Assembly (NCBI GenBank): GCA_002269645.1
Contig: NIVC01000414.1
Location: forward strand, 310,001-374,000
Direction: 5' to 3'
Source of the DNA: Macrostomum lignano
Taxonomy: Eukaryota
Length of the DNA: 64,000 nucleotides
Part shown: positions 23,816 to 36,311 of the stretch, piece by piece
How the letters are laid out: each line of letters begins with the position of its first letter
How positions within the stretch are numbered: position 1 is the stretch's first letter
Position numbers and translations under genes: made by a program
Notes under the pieces: generated by a model
The model's database searches: none
Told to the model about the DNA's origin: nothing
What the model saw: the letters and a program-made list of their open reading frames with translations, nothing else

Positions 23816-24318
23816 TCTCGATAGATTCAGTGCAAGGAATTTTACAAAAAAATTGGGATAAAAGCTGAGCCAAAGAGCCGAGCCCAATCACTGTACCCAT
23901 CCCGCTGATAATGCAGGTACAAAACTACACCGCATCAGTTTCAATTGCCCCCGATGCAGCAGAGTTTGCACAGAGGGATTTTCCTCAGACTGGGCACCGG
24001 AAGCACTCGAGGACGGCAGAACCTGACGCGCCAAATACAGCAGAAGACGCAGAGGCAGAAGCAGCAACAGCTGTTGCAGAAATTGCAAAGGCAACAAACG
24101 CATAGCCTGACGGGCTAGTGAGGCCGATAACTTTGGCTAAAAAATTTGGCACAATGTTCCGGGTGTGTGGGTCTGGAATAAGCACTCCATCGGAACTCAA
24201 TCGTTTATTAACAAATTAGGATAATTTTAAAATAAACAAACAAACAACATCTAGAAAACAATATTTCCAAAAAAGTCGATTCTAAATTATTAACTACTAA
24301 AAATATTAAAATGCGTAC

Positions 24319-24381
24319 CTTCTTTGTTGACACTTTCTCGTAGGGCTCCTTGACTTTGCGAAATCTGAGCACTTGACGCTT
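24319..24381 (-). CDS. IPPK: IPPK exon 2 (KRQVLRFRKVKEPYEKVSTKK)
   Basis: ttttcag acceptor and gtacgc donor; IPK1 motif VLRFxK. Confidence 0.9.
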
Positions 24382-24466
24382 CTGAAAACCAACATTAGGC
24401 CATCGTGATCTTTGTGGATTGAATTCAGTTCTTAGACCTCCTGTTTGAACCCCTCCGAACGGATGT

Positions 24467-25105
24467 CGCTACCCTCTCCCTGATGTAGCTACCACCTCCC
24501 TGATGTTGCTACCCTCTCCCTGATGCAGCTACCCTCTCCCTGATGCAGCTGCCCTCTCCCTGATGCAGCTACACTCTCCCTGATGCAGCTACCCTCTCCC
24601 TGATGCAGCTACCCTCTCCCTGATGCAGCTGCCCTCTCCCTGATGCAGCTACACTCTCCCTGATGCAGCTACCCTCTCCCTGATGCAGCTACACTCTCCC
24701 TGATGTCACTGCCCTCTCCCTGATGCAGCTACCCCCTCCGCAGCTACCCTCTTCCTGATGCAGCTGCCCTCTCCCTGATGCAGCTACCCTCTCCCTAATG
24801 TAGCTACCCTCTTCCTTGATGCAGCTATCCTCTCCCTAATGTAGCTACTCTCTCCCCTGATGCAGCTACCCCCTCCCTAATGCAGCTACCCTCTCCCTGA
24901 TGTCGCTACCCTCTCCCTGATGCAGCTACACTCTCCCTGATGTCACTGCCCTCTCCCTGATGCAGCTACCCCCTCCGCAGCTACACTCTCCCTGATGCAG
25001 CTGCCCTCTCCCTGATGCAGCTACCCTCTCCCTGATGCAGCTGCCCTCTCCCTGATGCCGTTACCCCTCCCTGATTCAGCAACCCTCTCATTGATGCCCG
25101 CTACC
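24467..25105. repeat. 20-bp minisatellite (ctaccctctccctgatgcag) in IPPK intron 1
   Basis: Visible periodicity. Confidence 0.93.
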
Positions 25106-25157
25106 CCCCTCAATAACCCACTGCAATTGTGATGCCGCCCAGAGGCCCCCACCTCAC

Positions 25158-25343
25158 CTTCTCATAGGCGGCCACCAAGGTGAAGTTACCTTCACCGCGG
25201 TACTTCAAATCTGTAAGCTGAATGCCCGCCTCCTGCAGACTCATCGGTGCCAGAGATGCTGCGTGAGCCTCCGTCAGGACCACTTCGCCTCCCAGCGAGA
25301 GTTCCACACCTTCGTCCTCTTCTGCAGCATCTTCTTTTGTCAT
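25158..25343 (-). CDS. IPPK: IPPK exon 1 (MTKEDAAEE...LKYRGEGNFTLVAAYEK)
   Basis: ATG at 25343 and gtgagg donor; IPK1 glycine loop YxGEGN. The nine exons total 1755 nt, giving 584 aa plus stop with no frame break. Confidence 0.92.
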
Positions 25344-25469
25344 TGCTTTATTTCTGCTTTTAGTGCCAATACAATTAGTTGGAACAGATTTTGAACACTG
25401 AAATGTATTACAAAATTTTGAATATTTTATCCGAAGTATGATAGAACATTTACAGATAGTGAACTCGAT

Positions 25470-25810
25470 GGATTATGAAATGTATGAATTATGAAGTTTA
25501 TGAATTATGAAATTTATGAATTATGAAATTTATGAATTATGAAATTTATAAATTATGTAAATTTATGAATTATGAAATTTATGAATTATGGAAATTATGA
25601 ATTATGAAAATTATGAATTATGAAAATTATGAATTATGAAAATTATGAATTATGAAATTTATGAATTATGAAATTTATGATTTATGAAATTTATGAATTA
25701 TGAAATTTATGATTTATGAAATCTATGAATTAGGAAATTTATGAATTATGAAGTTTATGAATTATGAAATTTATGAATTTTTGAAGTTTATGAATTATTA
25801 AATTTGTGAA
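25470..25810. repeat. 16-bp AT-rich minisatellite (gaattatgaaatttat) upstream of IPPK
   Basis: Visible periodicity. Confidence 0.9.
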
Positions 25811-26449
25811 TTATAAATAGATAAAAAATGACTTTCTATTAGTTAACAGAAACTAAAATTAAACTAAACCCACAAAGAAGGCAAGCAAAAAATTTGACAT
25901 GTAAAATTGCTTAATAAAAAAGCCGGTATGAAAATTGACAGAACATATTTCTTTAACAATTTTATATTATAAGTCACTCATATTACCAGAAAAATATACA
26001 TGTAGCAGGATTGCAGTGCAGCAACACAGAGTAATTAAATTATTGAACTTTTTGTTAAATAAAACTGAGAAAATATTTTAGGTATTGTACAAATATGTTT
26101 CCATAGTAATTACGCATGCACAATATTTGTTTATGTACATACAGGTACAAACTCTGATTCAGATTAGTAATTGCCGCAATTATATATGCATATAAGACTA
26201 TACACATACTAAGTAACTGCTGAAACTAATCGACCAGATTATTTAAATTTTAAGCAATTAAAGTGTACACTCCACATTTTCGTTGGTTATAAACATGAAC
26301 CAAATATAAATATTTATATATCATATATTTTATTGCACGTTGTTAAATAGAAATAAACTGTATTTATCACAATTTAAGTTTATTGATTAAAGTTATCAGT
26401 GATTGCTGGGTCAGTAAGGTAAGGAAACTTAGATGGGATGGTATTAATG

Positions 26450-27640
26450 CGATCGGATGGGATTGATGGGATTGATAGGATGGGACTGATGGGTGGGAAC
26501 GATGGATGGGCCTGATGAGGTGGGACTGATAAGATGGGACTGATGGGATGGGACTGATAGGGTGGGACTGATGGGGTGGGACTGATGGGGTGGGACTGAT
26601 AAGATGGGACTGATGGGGTGGGACTGATAAGATGGGACTGATGGGGTGGGACTGATAAGATGGGACTGATGGGGTGGGAACGATGGGATGAGACTGATGG
26701 GGTGGGACTGATGGGGTGGGACTGATAAGATGGGACTGATGGGGTGGGACTGATGGGGTGGGACTGATGGGGTGGGACTGATAAGATGGGACTGATGGGG
26801 TGGGAACGATGGGATGAGACTGATGGGGTGGGACTGATGGGGTGGGACTGATAAGATGGGACTGATGGGGTGGGACTGATGGGGTGGGACTGATGGGGTG
26901 GGACTGATGGGGTGGGACTGATGGGGTGGGACTGATGGGGTGGGACTGATGGGGTGGGACTGATGGGGTGGGACTGATAAGATGGGACTGATGGGGTGGG
27001 ACTGATGGGGTGGGACTGATAAGATGGGAGTGATGGGGTGGGACTGATGGGGTGGGACTGATGGGATGAGACTGATGGGGTGGGACTGATGGGGTGGGAC
27101 TGATAAGATGGGACTGATGGGGTGGGACTGATGGGGTGGGACTGATGGGGTGGGACTGATGGGGTGGGACTGATGGGGTGGGACTGATGGGGTGGGACTG
27201 ATAAGATGGGAGTGATGGGATGGGGCTGATGAGATGGGACTGATGGGGTGGGGCTGATGAGATGGGACTGATGGGGTGGGGCTGATAAGATGGGACTGAT
27301 GGGGTGGGGCTGATGAGATGGGACTGATGGGGTGGGACTGATAAGATGGGACTGATGGGGTGGGAACGATGGGATGAGACTGATGGGGTGGGACTGATGG
27401 GGTGGGACTGATGGGGTGGGACTGATGGGGTGGGACTGATGGGGTTGGACTGATGGGGTGGGACTGATGGGGTGGGACTGATAAGATGGGAGTGATGGGG
27501 TGGGGCTGATGAGATGGGACTGATGGGGTGGGGCTGATGAGATGGGACTGATGGGGTGGGGCTGATGAGATGGGACTGATGGGGTGGGGCTGATGAGATG
27601 GGACTGATGGGGTGGGGCTGATGAGATGGGACTGATAATG
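26450..27640. repeat. 14-bp G-rich minisatellite (gatggggtgggact)
   Basis: Visible periodicity; explains the 409-aa SHPISP ORF. Confidence 0.95.
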
Positions 27641-28299
27641 TAAAAGCAAAAGGCTACAGAATTCCCAAGGCAACTAAAAGAAGCAAGTTAAAATTTATAA
27701 GCAGAAAAAATTAGCAAAGCCATTAGTAGGAAATGACTAACACCAGTTGATTTGGATAGAATATAAATCATAATGTATAGTGTCATGCCTAGCAACCCGA
27801 CAGACAATCAGGCTGAATGACAGTTTGATTCCACATATACAGCATTTACAGGAATCCATCATTGCTAAAGTTTTAGCAGGTAAAAAATTAAATTTTCAAT
27901 AAAGAAAGAAAGAAATATCGAATGTGCCAAAAAAATCGCCAAAAACGTAAATAGAGAATTTAAAGTTAAATAGAATCATAGAGAATCATTAAAACGCCGT
28001 TGCTAACGATCGAGTAGCTTAGCTCCTACTCATAGTAGTAGACAAACTATATAGCAATAAATAAACATGAAATGTACAGGTGCAGCAGTGAACCGGAAAA
28101 TCTGGGTGTACCCATTGCGCATTCATTTTGAAAAAAAAAACACATCAAACACCGGCTAAGAGTGCCTGCAGATTGATTAGTCAGTTAGTCAATTATTAAA
28201 TTTCTGGATTGAGCGCTTACTGAATCAATAGCCAGGTAAAAAGATCAATGAAAATAGCTATTTAATAACAGCTAATCATTTTATTATTACATCAATCCT

Positions 28300-29052
28300 T
28301 GTTTGATCAATTAATCGATCGATAAGCATCAATCAATCAATGGATCCATCGATAAAACAATCAACCAATGTATCGATCGATGAAACAATAAATCAATCAA
28401 TGGATCGATAAATCAATCAATCAACCAATGTATGGATCGATAAACGAATCAATGGATCCATCAATAAATCAGTCAATGGATCGATCGATAAATCAATCAA
28501 ACAATCAATTGATCGATCAATAAATTAATCAATCAATCAATGGATTGATCGATAAATCAATCAATCAATGGATCGATCGATAAATCAATCAATCAATGGA
28601 TCGATCGATAAAATAATCAAGAAATCAATGGATCGATCGATAAATCAATCAATAAATCAATGGATCGATCGATAAATCAATCAATGGATCCACCAATAAA
28701 TCAAATAATCAATAAATCGGTCAATGGATCCATCGATAAATCAATCAATCAATCAATGGATCGATATCATTAATCAATGGATCCACCAATAAATCAAAAA
28801 ATCAGTCAATGGATCCATCGATAAATCAATCAATCAGTCAATGGATCGATCGATCGATAAATCAATCAATCAACCAATGGATCGATATCATTAATCAATG
28901 GATCCACCAATAAATCAAAAAATCAGTCAATGGATCCATCGATAAATCAATCAATCAATCAATGGATCGATCGATAAAGCAATCAATAAATCAATCGATC
29001 AATCGATAAATCAATCAATCAATCAACCAACCAACCAATCAATAAATCAATC
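28300..29052. repeat. Degenerate ATCA/ATCG/ATGG compound microsatellite
   Basis: Runs of atcaatcaatggatcgatcgataa. Confidence 0.88.
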
Positions 29053-29308
29053 CAGATAGGCCTCTAATCGCAGCCCATAATTATTGTCACTAATCAATTC
29101 CCAGCACATAAATAAATAACTACATACGCAAAACTCAGCGGGAAAGGATTCACTAGCACAGATGGAGCATCCGGAAAACCCAAGACTGGAAGTAGGAAAG
29201 ACAGGCAAGCAAGCAAAAACAGTCGGTGCTCAAATATAGACTTCAGGGAGATGCAGGAGATTCCTCAAAGAAAGGCGAACACTCGAAAGATTTGAACGAT
29301 TGAATCAA

Positions 29309-29869
29309 TCAGAATGCCGTGACAACCACAGTTGAGTCTGTAGCAACCGGTTGCTGGGCGCTGGCAGTTTCGCTCTGATCACCGGTTGCTACCCCGTTGC
29401 TACCCGTCGAGACTACCAAATCATTACCGCCATTGGCGGAAGCCGCAGCAACAGCTGACGGGCTCAGCCTCCGCTGCAGAGATCGCCTCATCATTGACTC
29501 AACATTATTCTGAGATGCCCGACGCTGCTCAACCACTGAGTCGTCAAGCCGGTGTCCCGGCTCAAATGAGAACGGAGTCCTGGGCAACTCGGCCTCTCTG
29601 GACAGCCCGGGCAGCAGGGAGGCGGCCCGCATGTCAGCCAGACAGTCCCGCAGGCCGTCCAGCACTTCATCCTCGCTGAAGCTGTAATCCGAGGGCAGCA
29701 CCTGGCCAAAGTAGTGCAGCAGGTCTTCATCTGAGCGGAGTCGCAGAATCCGGCGAGAGTGCAGGCGCATCAGGTTGAATGCCATGCCGACTACAGCCGG
29801 CTCCCCAATCGCCATGAACACATCCCAGATGCGGATTGCCAGGGAAAATGGGACGCAGTCCAGGAACAC
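29309..29869 (-). CDS. USP6NL: USP6NL/RN-tre-like TBC RabGAP, terminal exon (VFLDCVPFSLAIRIWDVFM...VVVTAF*)
   Basis: gctcag acceptor; TBC motif P..L..RIWDVF; in frame with the previous exon. Confidence 0.9.
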   Translation of the reverse strand: MFLDCVPFSLAIRIWDVFMAIGEPAVVGMAFNLMRLHSRRILRLRSDEDLLHYFGQVLPSDYSFSEDEVLDGLRDCLADMRAASLLPGLSREAELPRTPFSFEPGHRLDDSVVEQRRASQNNVESMMRRSLQRRLSPSAVAAASANGGNDLVVSTGSNGVATGDQSETASAQQPVATDSTVVVTAF

Positions 29870-29931
29870 CTGAGCGGGATGATTTTCTGTTCTTTGTATT
29901 TATTTGTTGGGGAGAGTTCGGAGTTGCAAAC

Positions 29932-30275
29932 CTGTAATGCAGACACACCTGTAATTCAGACACACCTGTAATGCAGACACACCTGTAATGCAGACACACC
30001 TGTAATGCAGACACACCTGTAATTTAGACACACCTGTAATTCAGACGCACCTGTAATGCAGACACACCTGTAATTCAGACACACCTGTAATTCAGACGCA
30101 CCTGTAATGCAGACACACCTGTAATTCAGACACACCTGTAATTCAGACCCACCTGTAATGCAGACACACCTGTAATGCAGACACACCTGTAATTCAGACA
30201 CACCTGTAATTCAGACACACCTGTAATGCAGACACACCTGTAATTCAGACACACCTGTAATGCAGACACACCAGT
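29932..30275. repeat. 17-bp minisatellite (gtaattcagacacacct)
   Basis: Visible periodicity. Confidence 0.92.
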
Positions 30276-30689
30276 AATTAAGAGACTGGTGTAACCCAGA
30301 CATCTACAAGCACTGCACTCATGATTCAGAGGCAGTACTACATCAGACCACATGCAGCTGCAGTACTACCACACCAACAATGCATGTACCCAGGTCAAAC
30401 CCCTTTATAGAATTGAAAAAGCAATTCTTTAAATTACGCAGACAGTGTAAAAGCAGAATAATTGCGGAAAAAAAGAGAATCAAGTCAGGATCGGAGGACA
30501 AAATTTCCTTTAAAAAAACAACAAAATGCGCAGGGAAATTATATTGCGCACAGAATCTTCCCCAAGGGGAAATGAGGCATGCATCGTGCGTGAGCGCCTG
30601 CGGGGGTTGGGATAAACCCGAAAGCAAATTTGCAAACGATGCATACAGTCACAATTAAGATGGACTGTAAGACTGGCTGGCTGTAAGAG

Positions 30690-31270
30690 GACTGTAGGGT
30701 TCAGATTGGGGACTGTAGAATTCAGATTGGGGACTGTAGGGTTCAGATTGGGGACTGTAGAGTTCAGATTGGGGACTGTAGGGTTCAGATTGGGGACTGT
30801 AGGGTTCAGATTGGGGACTGTAGGGTTCAGATTGGGGACAGTAGAGTTCAGATTGGGGACTGTAGGGTTCAGATTGGGGACTGTAGGGTTCAGATTGGGG
30901 ACTGTAGGGTTCAGATTGGGGACAGTAGAGTTCAGATTGGGGACTGTAGGGTTCAGATTGGGGACTGTAGGGTTCAGATTGGGGACTGTAGGGTTCAGAC
31001 TGGGGACTGTAGGGTTCAGATTGGGGACTGTAGGGTTCAGATTGGGGACTGTAGGGTTCAGATTGGGGACTGTAGGGTTCAGATTGGGGACTGTAGGGTT
31101 CAGATTGGGGACTGTAGGGTTCAGATTGGGGACTGTAGGGTTCAGATTGGGGACTGTAGGGTTCAGATTGGGGACTGAAGGTTCAGATTGGGGACTGAAG
31201 GTTCAGATTGGGGACTGTAGGGTTCAGATTGGGGACTGTAGGGTTCAGATTGGGGACTGTAGGGTTCAGA
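30690..31270. repeat. 21-bp minisatellite (gggttcagattggggactgta) abutting the exon donor
   Basis: Visible periodicity; produces the GTVGFRL ORF. Confidence 0.95.
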
Positions 31271-31275
31271 CTCAC

Positions 31276-31597
31276 CTGCATAAACCACTTGACAGTGTAG
31301 GCGGTGACGGGCACTGCGTGCTTCACGTGCACATGTTTATCCACCCTGGACAGGAACTTCTTTAGGCACTGCTGGTACAGCTCGATGTAGCGATACAGCT
31401 TGGGGAAGGAGGGAATGAACAAGCCGTGCATTGCGTGACGTTTGTCGGTGAACAGCTGCGACAGAGCGAAGAAGGTCTCCTCCTCGTCGTTGAAGTACAG
31501 CAGAAGGAATGCTGCCAGCTGACTCATGCCCTGGCAGTACCCGACATCGATGTTGTACATGCTGTATGCCACCAGCACGTTGAATAGGACTTTCTGC
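31276..31597 (-). CDS. USP6NL: USP6NL-like TBC exon 3 ([32 protein letters not shown]...YTVKWFMQ)
   Basis: ccgcag acceptor and gtgagt donor; catalytic Gln finger GYCQGM and YxxKWF. Confidence 0.96.
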
Positions 31598-31602
31598 CTG
31601 CG

Positions 31603-31637
31603 GATAGATAGACAGATAGATAGTTAGATAGATAGAT

Positions 31638-31700
<63 letters not shown>

Positions 31701-31721
31701 GAGACAGATAGATAGATAGAC

Positions 31722-31756
<35 letters not shown>

Positions 31757-31811
31757 CATATAGATAGATAGATAGATAGATAGAGAGACAGATAGATAGA
31801 TAGACAGATAA

Positions 31812-31854
<43 letters not shown>

Positions 31855-31910
31855 TAGCGACAGAGAGATAGATAGATAGATAGATAGATAGATGGACAGA
31901 TAGATGGATA
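31603..31910. repeat. (ATAG)n/(ACAG)n microsatellite filling TBC intron 2
   Basis: Direct observation. Confidence 0.97.
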
Positions 31911-31925
31911 GAGGGTCAAACACAC

Positions 31926-32122
31926 CTGGGATTGTACCGGACCCGGTAGAAGTCGGTATTCCTGTAGGTGCGGTTCACATCCAGATCAATCTGCCGCACG
32001 TCAGGCGACCGAAGCCGGGCGAACTGCAGCACCTCCGAGTAGGCCACCGGGCTCTGCTTGCGTGCGTCATCGATGCAGAGCAGCTCGTACCAGACTGGGT
32101 AGCGGTACTTCTCTGGGATGCC
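31926..32122 (-). CDS. USP6NL: USP6NL-like TBC exon 2 (GIPEKYRYPVW...RQIDLDVNRTYRN...YNPR)
   Basis: cctag acceptor and gtgtg donor; GIP..R..VW and the Arg finger IDLDVNRT. Confidence 0.96.
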
Positions 32123-32157
32123 CTAGGAAACATAGCGAAGATTAGTAGGTTTTAGTA

Positions 32158-32729
32158 GGCCCAGCAACTGAGGATCTGGGAGGCTTGGGGACAAGCAACT
32201 GAGGATCTGGGAGGCTTGGGGACAAGCAACTGAGGATCTGGGAGGCTGGCCCTGCAACTGAGGATCTGGGAGGCTGGCCCTGCAACTGAGGATCTGGGAG
32301 GCTGTCATAGCAACTGGGGATCTGGGAGGCTGTCCTAGCAACTGAGGATCTGGGAGGCTGTCCTAGCAACTGGGGATCTGGGAGGCTGGTGGCCCAGCAA
32401 CTGAGGATCTGGGAGGCTTGGGGACAAGCAACTGAGGATCTGGGAGGCTGGTGGCCCAGCAACTGAGGATCTGGGAGGCTTGGGGACAAGCAACTGAGGA
32501 TCTGGGAGGCTTGGAGACAAGCAACTGAGGATCTGGGAGGCTGGCCCAGCAACTGGGGATCTGGGAGGCTGGCCCAGCAACTGGGAATCTTGGAGACTGG
32601 CCCAGCAACTGGGGATCTTGGAGACTGGCCCAGCAACTGGGGATCTTGGAGACTGGCTCAGCAACAGGGGATCTGGGAGGCTGGCCCAGCAACTGTGGAT
32701 CTGGGAGGCTGGCCCAGCATCTGGGGATC
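32158..32729. repeat. 28-bp minisatellite (gcaactgaggatctgggaggctggccca); resumes at 33807-33878
   Basis: Visible periodicity; array is interrupted by the MITE at 32730. Confidence 0.92.
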
Positions 32730-33806
32730 GGGTCTACGACAATTGACTGCCGAGCAATTTGACTGCCAACAATTTGACTGCGAACAAAATGACTGCCAAC
32801 AAAATGACTGCCAACAAAATGACTGCCGACAAAATGACTGTCAACAAAATGACTGCCGACAATATGACTGCGGCAATTTGACTGCCGAGCAATTTGACTG
32901 CCAGCGAAATGACTGCCGGAAAAATGATGCTCCTAAAGTTTAGCACTCTCTCAACCCTTTTAAGTCTATGCATGTAGTGAAATATTGTATTTACAAGCTA
33001 GAATGATGCAGAACAGAACACATAACTTTTATACAACAAGCTGTAACAGCTGTTGAAACCCGCGGATTTTGAACAGTGGGAAATGGGAATTCCAATCTTA
33101 GGAACTATTTTGCATATATTCTAAAATCTGAAGTTAAACTCAAGCAAAAGCTTTTATTATTAGAGTTAAACATAACATAGATTACATTCGTGTAAAATTA
33201 GGATTGGAGGCAAACTATTGATATTGTTGGCTGGGGTGCAGCGCAGAATGTCAGAAAAACTCTGGCCTCTACTTCTGCCTCTCGATCCCTATGTTCCTTG
33301 CATCCTTTGAACCTTCTATCTTCTCTTCTGTTTTCTCACTTCTCTCTCGTCTCTTCTCTCTCGTCTCTGCTCTTATCTCCCCTCTCTCATCTGTCATATT
33401 TACTCTCTTATACTGGTATGTTCTCTCACCTCTCTCCTCTGTACTCTTCTCTTTCCCCTCTTTTGACTCCTCTCTTTCCTTAGTCCTCTTCTTTTCCCTC
33501 TTCTATACTCTCTCCCCTTTATTCACTTCTCTCGTCTCTCTGCACTCTGCTCTCTCCGCCTTCATCTCTCATCTCTCATCTCTCTCCTTTCATCTCTCTC
33601 ATCTCTACAATCTCTCCTTTCCCCTGTCTTCTTTTTCAACTTCTCTCTCATCTCTCTCTTCTCTTTTGCATAACGAGAATGCGCCTAGCAAGCTTTGCCG
33701 CTGTCATTTTGTCGGCAGTCAAATTTCCGCAGTCATTTTGTCGGCAGTCAAATTGTGGCAGTCAAATTGTGACAGTCAAATTGTGGCAGTCAATTGTCGT
33801 GCACCC
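32730..33806. mobile_element. Mutator-like non-autonomous TIR element (MITE) with tandem subterminal repeats
   Basis: TIR GGGT(CT/GC)ACGACAATTGACTGCC at both ends; aatttgactgcc arrays inverted at each end; 9-bp direct repeat ctggggatc at 32721-32729 and 33807-33815. Confidence 0.8.
33037..33670 (-). mobile_element. 5'-truncated non-autonomous Helitron 3' fragment nested in the MITE
   Basis: Same 3' end (ccgcgggtttcaacagct...CTTG|T) and CT-rich body as the copies at 35529 and 38265. Confidence 0.7.
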
Positions 33807-33929
33807 CTGGGGATCTGGGAGGCTGGCCCAGCAACTGAGGATCTGGGAGGCTGGCCTAGCAACTGAGGATCTGGGTGGAATTAAACGAACAGACTCACAT
33901 GAAGCCAGAACCGGAACACTCCAGCTCAC

Positions 33930-34307
33930 CTTATAAACTCTCCTAGCAAACTTCAGACTGAATGTGAGCTCTCCAGCAGCATTCTTACTGCACACTTTGT
34001 GCCACCTTGAGAACCGGGAGGCGGCTCCAGCCCCAGCCTGGTTGCTGGGCGCCAGCATTTTGCGCCACTTGGCCTCGCGCTTGCCATCGGCCTGTTTGAT
34101 CCGGTCCTCAGCTGCCAGCACCTCAGCGGGGATGCCGCTACGGTGATAGAAGCCGAAGTGATCGAGCTGGTTGGGCGAGTACTCAGGGTCGGGCGCCTCG
34201 TCCTGCTCTCGGCCAGTCCGGTTGGGCCCGGCGTCGTAACGAGCGACAATTTCACGACGTTCGGCATCGGCAGCGGCCAGCTCGGCGGCTGTTGGCGATG
34301 AGGCCAT
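33930..34307 (-). CDS. USP6NL: USP6NL-like TBC first coding exon (MASSPTAAEL...ERREIVARYDAG...DHFGFYH...KREAKWRKML...RRVYK)
   Basis: RN-tre N-terminal signatures R..IV..YD.G, D.FGF and R..KW.KML; gtgagc donor. An acceptor at 34364-34366 implies an upstream exon, so the start codon is likely but not certain. The four exons total 1458 nt (485 aa). Confidence 0.9.
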
Positions 34308-34559
34308 CTGATGAGCTGCTGCTACAGGGGAATTGAGGCTGACGGTGCGCAACCAGCCATGCGCTGAAAAATAGCACAACACAGTGCAATCTACTAGAAA
34401 GCTGGCATTTTTATTAGCACAATGATTGAAGGCTAAGTGTTTTTTATAAGACTAGGCTAGTTTTATATCTTTTTTGAATACTTGACCCACTTCCAATTGG
34501 TGTAATTTTCATGTTATACTCAGCAACATTGAAAAGTCGCAACTCCATGCGCCAGTGAG

Positions 34560-34826
34560 CAATTTCTCTTGAACTATTCCTAAAATAAAATGTGAGAAAA
34601 CTGATGGGTAGCTTTAATCTGCCCCCACTTTACTTAAGTCTGCTGCGACATAGCCAAGTTGTGTCTATATTTTTTAAATTTCAGATTTAAATCAAATGTT
34701 TTTTATTGAAATAGTTTCACATATTTGCTGAAAAAAACATTTTCAAAGCTAAAAAAATTGGCCAGATGGTTCTCGAAAAATTCAGTGACAGACAGACAGG
34801 CAAACAGAGCAGAATTAGGATATAGA
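34560..34826 (-). mobile_element. Helitron-like element 5' fragment (second family)
   Basis: Minus strand begins A|TCTATATCCTAA followed by a (ctgt)n tract, a Lep1-type Helitron 5' layout; 3' end not identified. Confidence 0.45.
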
Positions 34827-35528
34827 TCATATATATTTTAACACAACCACTTTGTCAATGCAATAAATGGATACTGCTGAGATGCCAAGGCTCATTGGTG
34901 TTGCTTAGATGCTTAGAGTGAAATCTTAGGGCATCTAATATCTGATATCTTAGATTGGACAACCAACTTGAAAGCCAGATACATTTTTCATTGAATACCA
35001 TTTTTTCTTTAAAAAGCAATCCCAAAATTCAAAGTTGCATGTACTATGGGATATTTTGCAACAAATTCAAGCATTGCTGCATTTAACATAAAAATGACAA
35101 ACACAATTGTAGGCTTGCACCCTAGCAGCTCTCAGTGTTGTATTTACCAGCTATTGAGTATTTGTGTGCATTACAGGTTGGCCTCTTTCTATCTCTGTCA
35201 TTCTATATTGGCATACATTTAACTCTAGCCATGCATGTGCCAGCCCTCCATTGACTAATAAATACACACATTGGCACTGACTCGTAATTAGGACTTTACT
35301 ATTAGTACACTTTTTCACATTCAATTTTGAACAAAGTCCAATTCTAAAAAAAAACTAGCTGAAATCCAATTCAGACAATTTAGACTGGGACAAAAAACCC
35401 CAGTTCAAAACATTCTGCTACCAAAGCAAGGTTTAGCCATAGACAAAATTGTCCCCAGTATTTACAAAATTTTACAAAATTTGTTTTATAGTTAAAAAGT
35501 ATAACTGCACATTGCATTTATAAGTTTA

Positions 35529-36213
35529 CAAGCTGTTGAAACCCGCGGATTTTGAACCCGGGGAATTCCAATACCCGGAACTACTTTTGCATGTATTCTG
35601 AAATCTAAGGCCATACACAAACAAAAACTTGTTAATAGTTAGTAGGATAGAGGTAGACATAAAATGGAGCACATTCGTGTAAAATTAGGGTTTGAGACAT
35701 TGTTGGCTGGGGTACTGCGCAGAATGTCAGGCAATGTCTGTCTGACTCTAAAACATATATTGCTAAACTCTGGTCTCTCCCTGACTCTCCCTACGTCCCT
35801 TGGATCCTTTAAAATTTCTATCGTCTCTTTGTTTCCTCTCATCTTTCTCGTCCCTCGTCTCTCCTCTCTGAGGCTCTCTCCTCTCTCCTCTCTCCCCTCT
35901 TCTCTCGTATCTTCCCTCATCTCTCTTCTCTTTCATCTCTCTTATCTCATCTCTTGTCTCTTCTTTTCTCTCTCCTCTCCTCTCTCCTCTCCTCTCTCCC
36001 CCTCTCCTCTCTCCTCTCACCCCCTCTTCTCTCTTATCTTCCTTCTCCTTTCTATTCTTTTCTCTCTTCTCTTAACTCTCTCCTCTACTCTCTCATCTCT
36101 CCCCTCTTCTCTCGTCTCTTCCCACACCTCTTTTCTCTCTCGTCTTTGCTCTCTCATCTTTCCTTTCTCTTCTTTTATCTTTTCTCTCTTATCTCTTCTC
36201 ATTTCTCTCTGCT

Positions 36214-36311
<98 letters not shown>

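Noticed and set aside
26444-27673. 409-aa Pro/Ser/His-rich ORF
   Set aside because: Product of the 14-bp repeat cycling through frames; starts at a non-ATG codon.
30706-31365. 219-aa GTVGFRL ORF
   Set aside because: 21-bp intronic array plus the antisense of TBC exon 3.
33037-34826. Single Helitron capturing the TBC first coding exon (3' end at 33037, 5'-like end at 34826)
   Set aside because: The two ends belong to different families, and the 3' fragment is enclosed in the MITE that ends at 33806.
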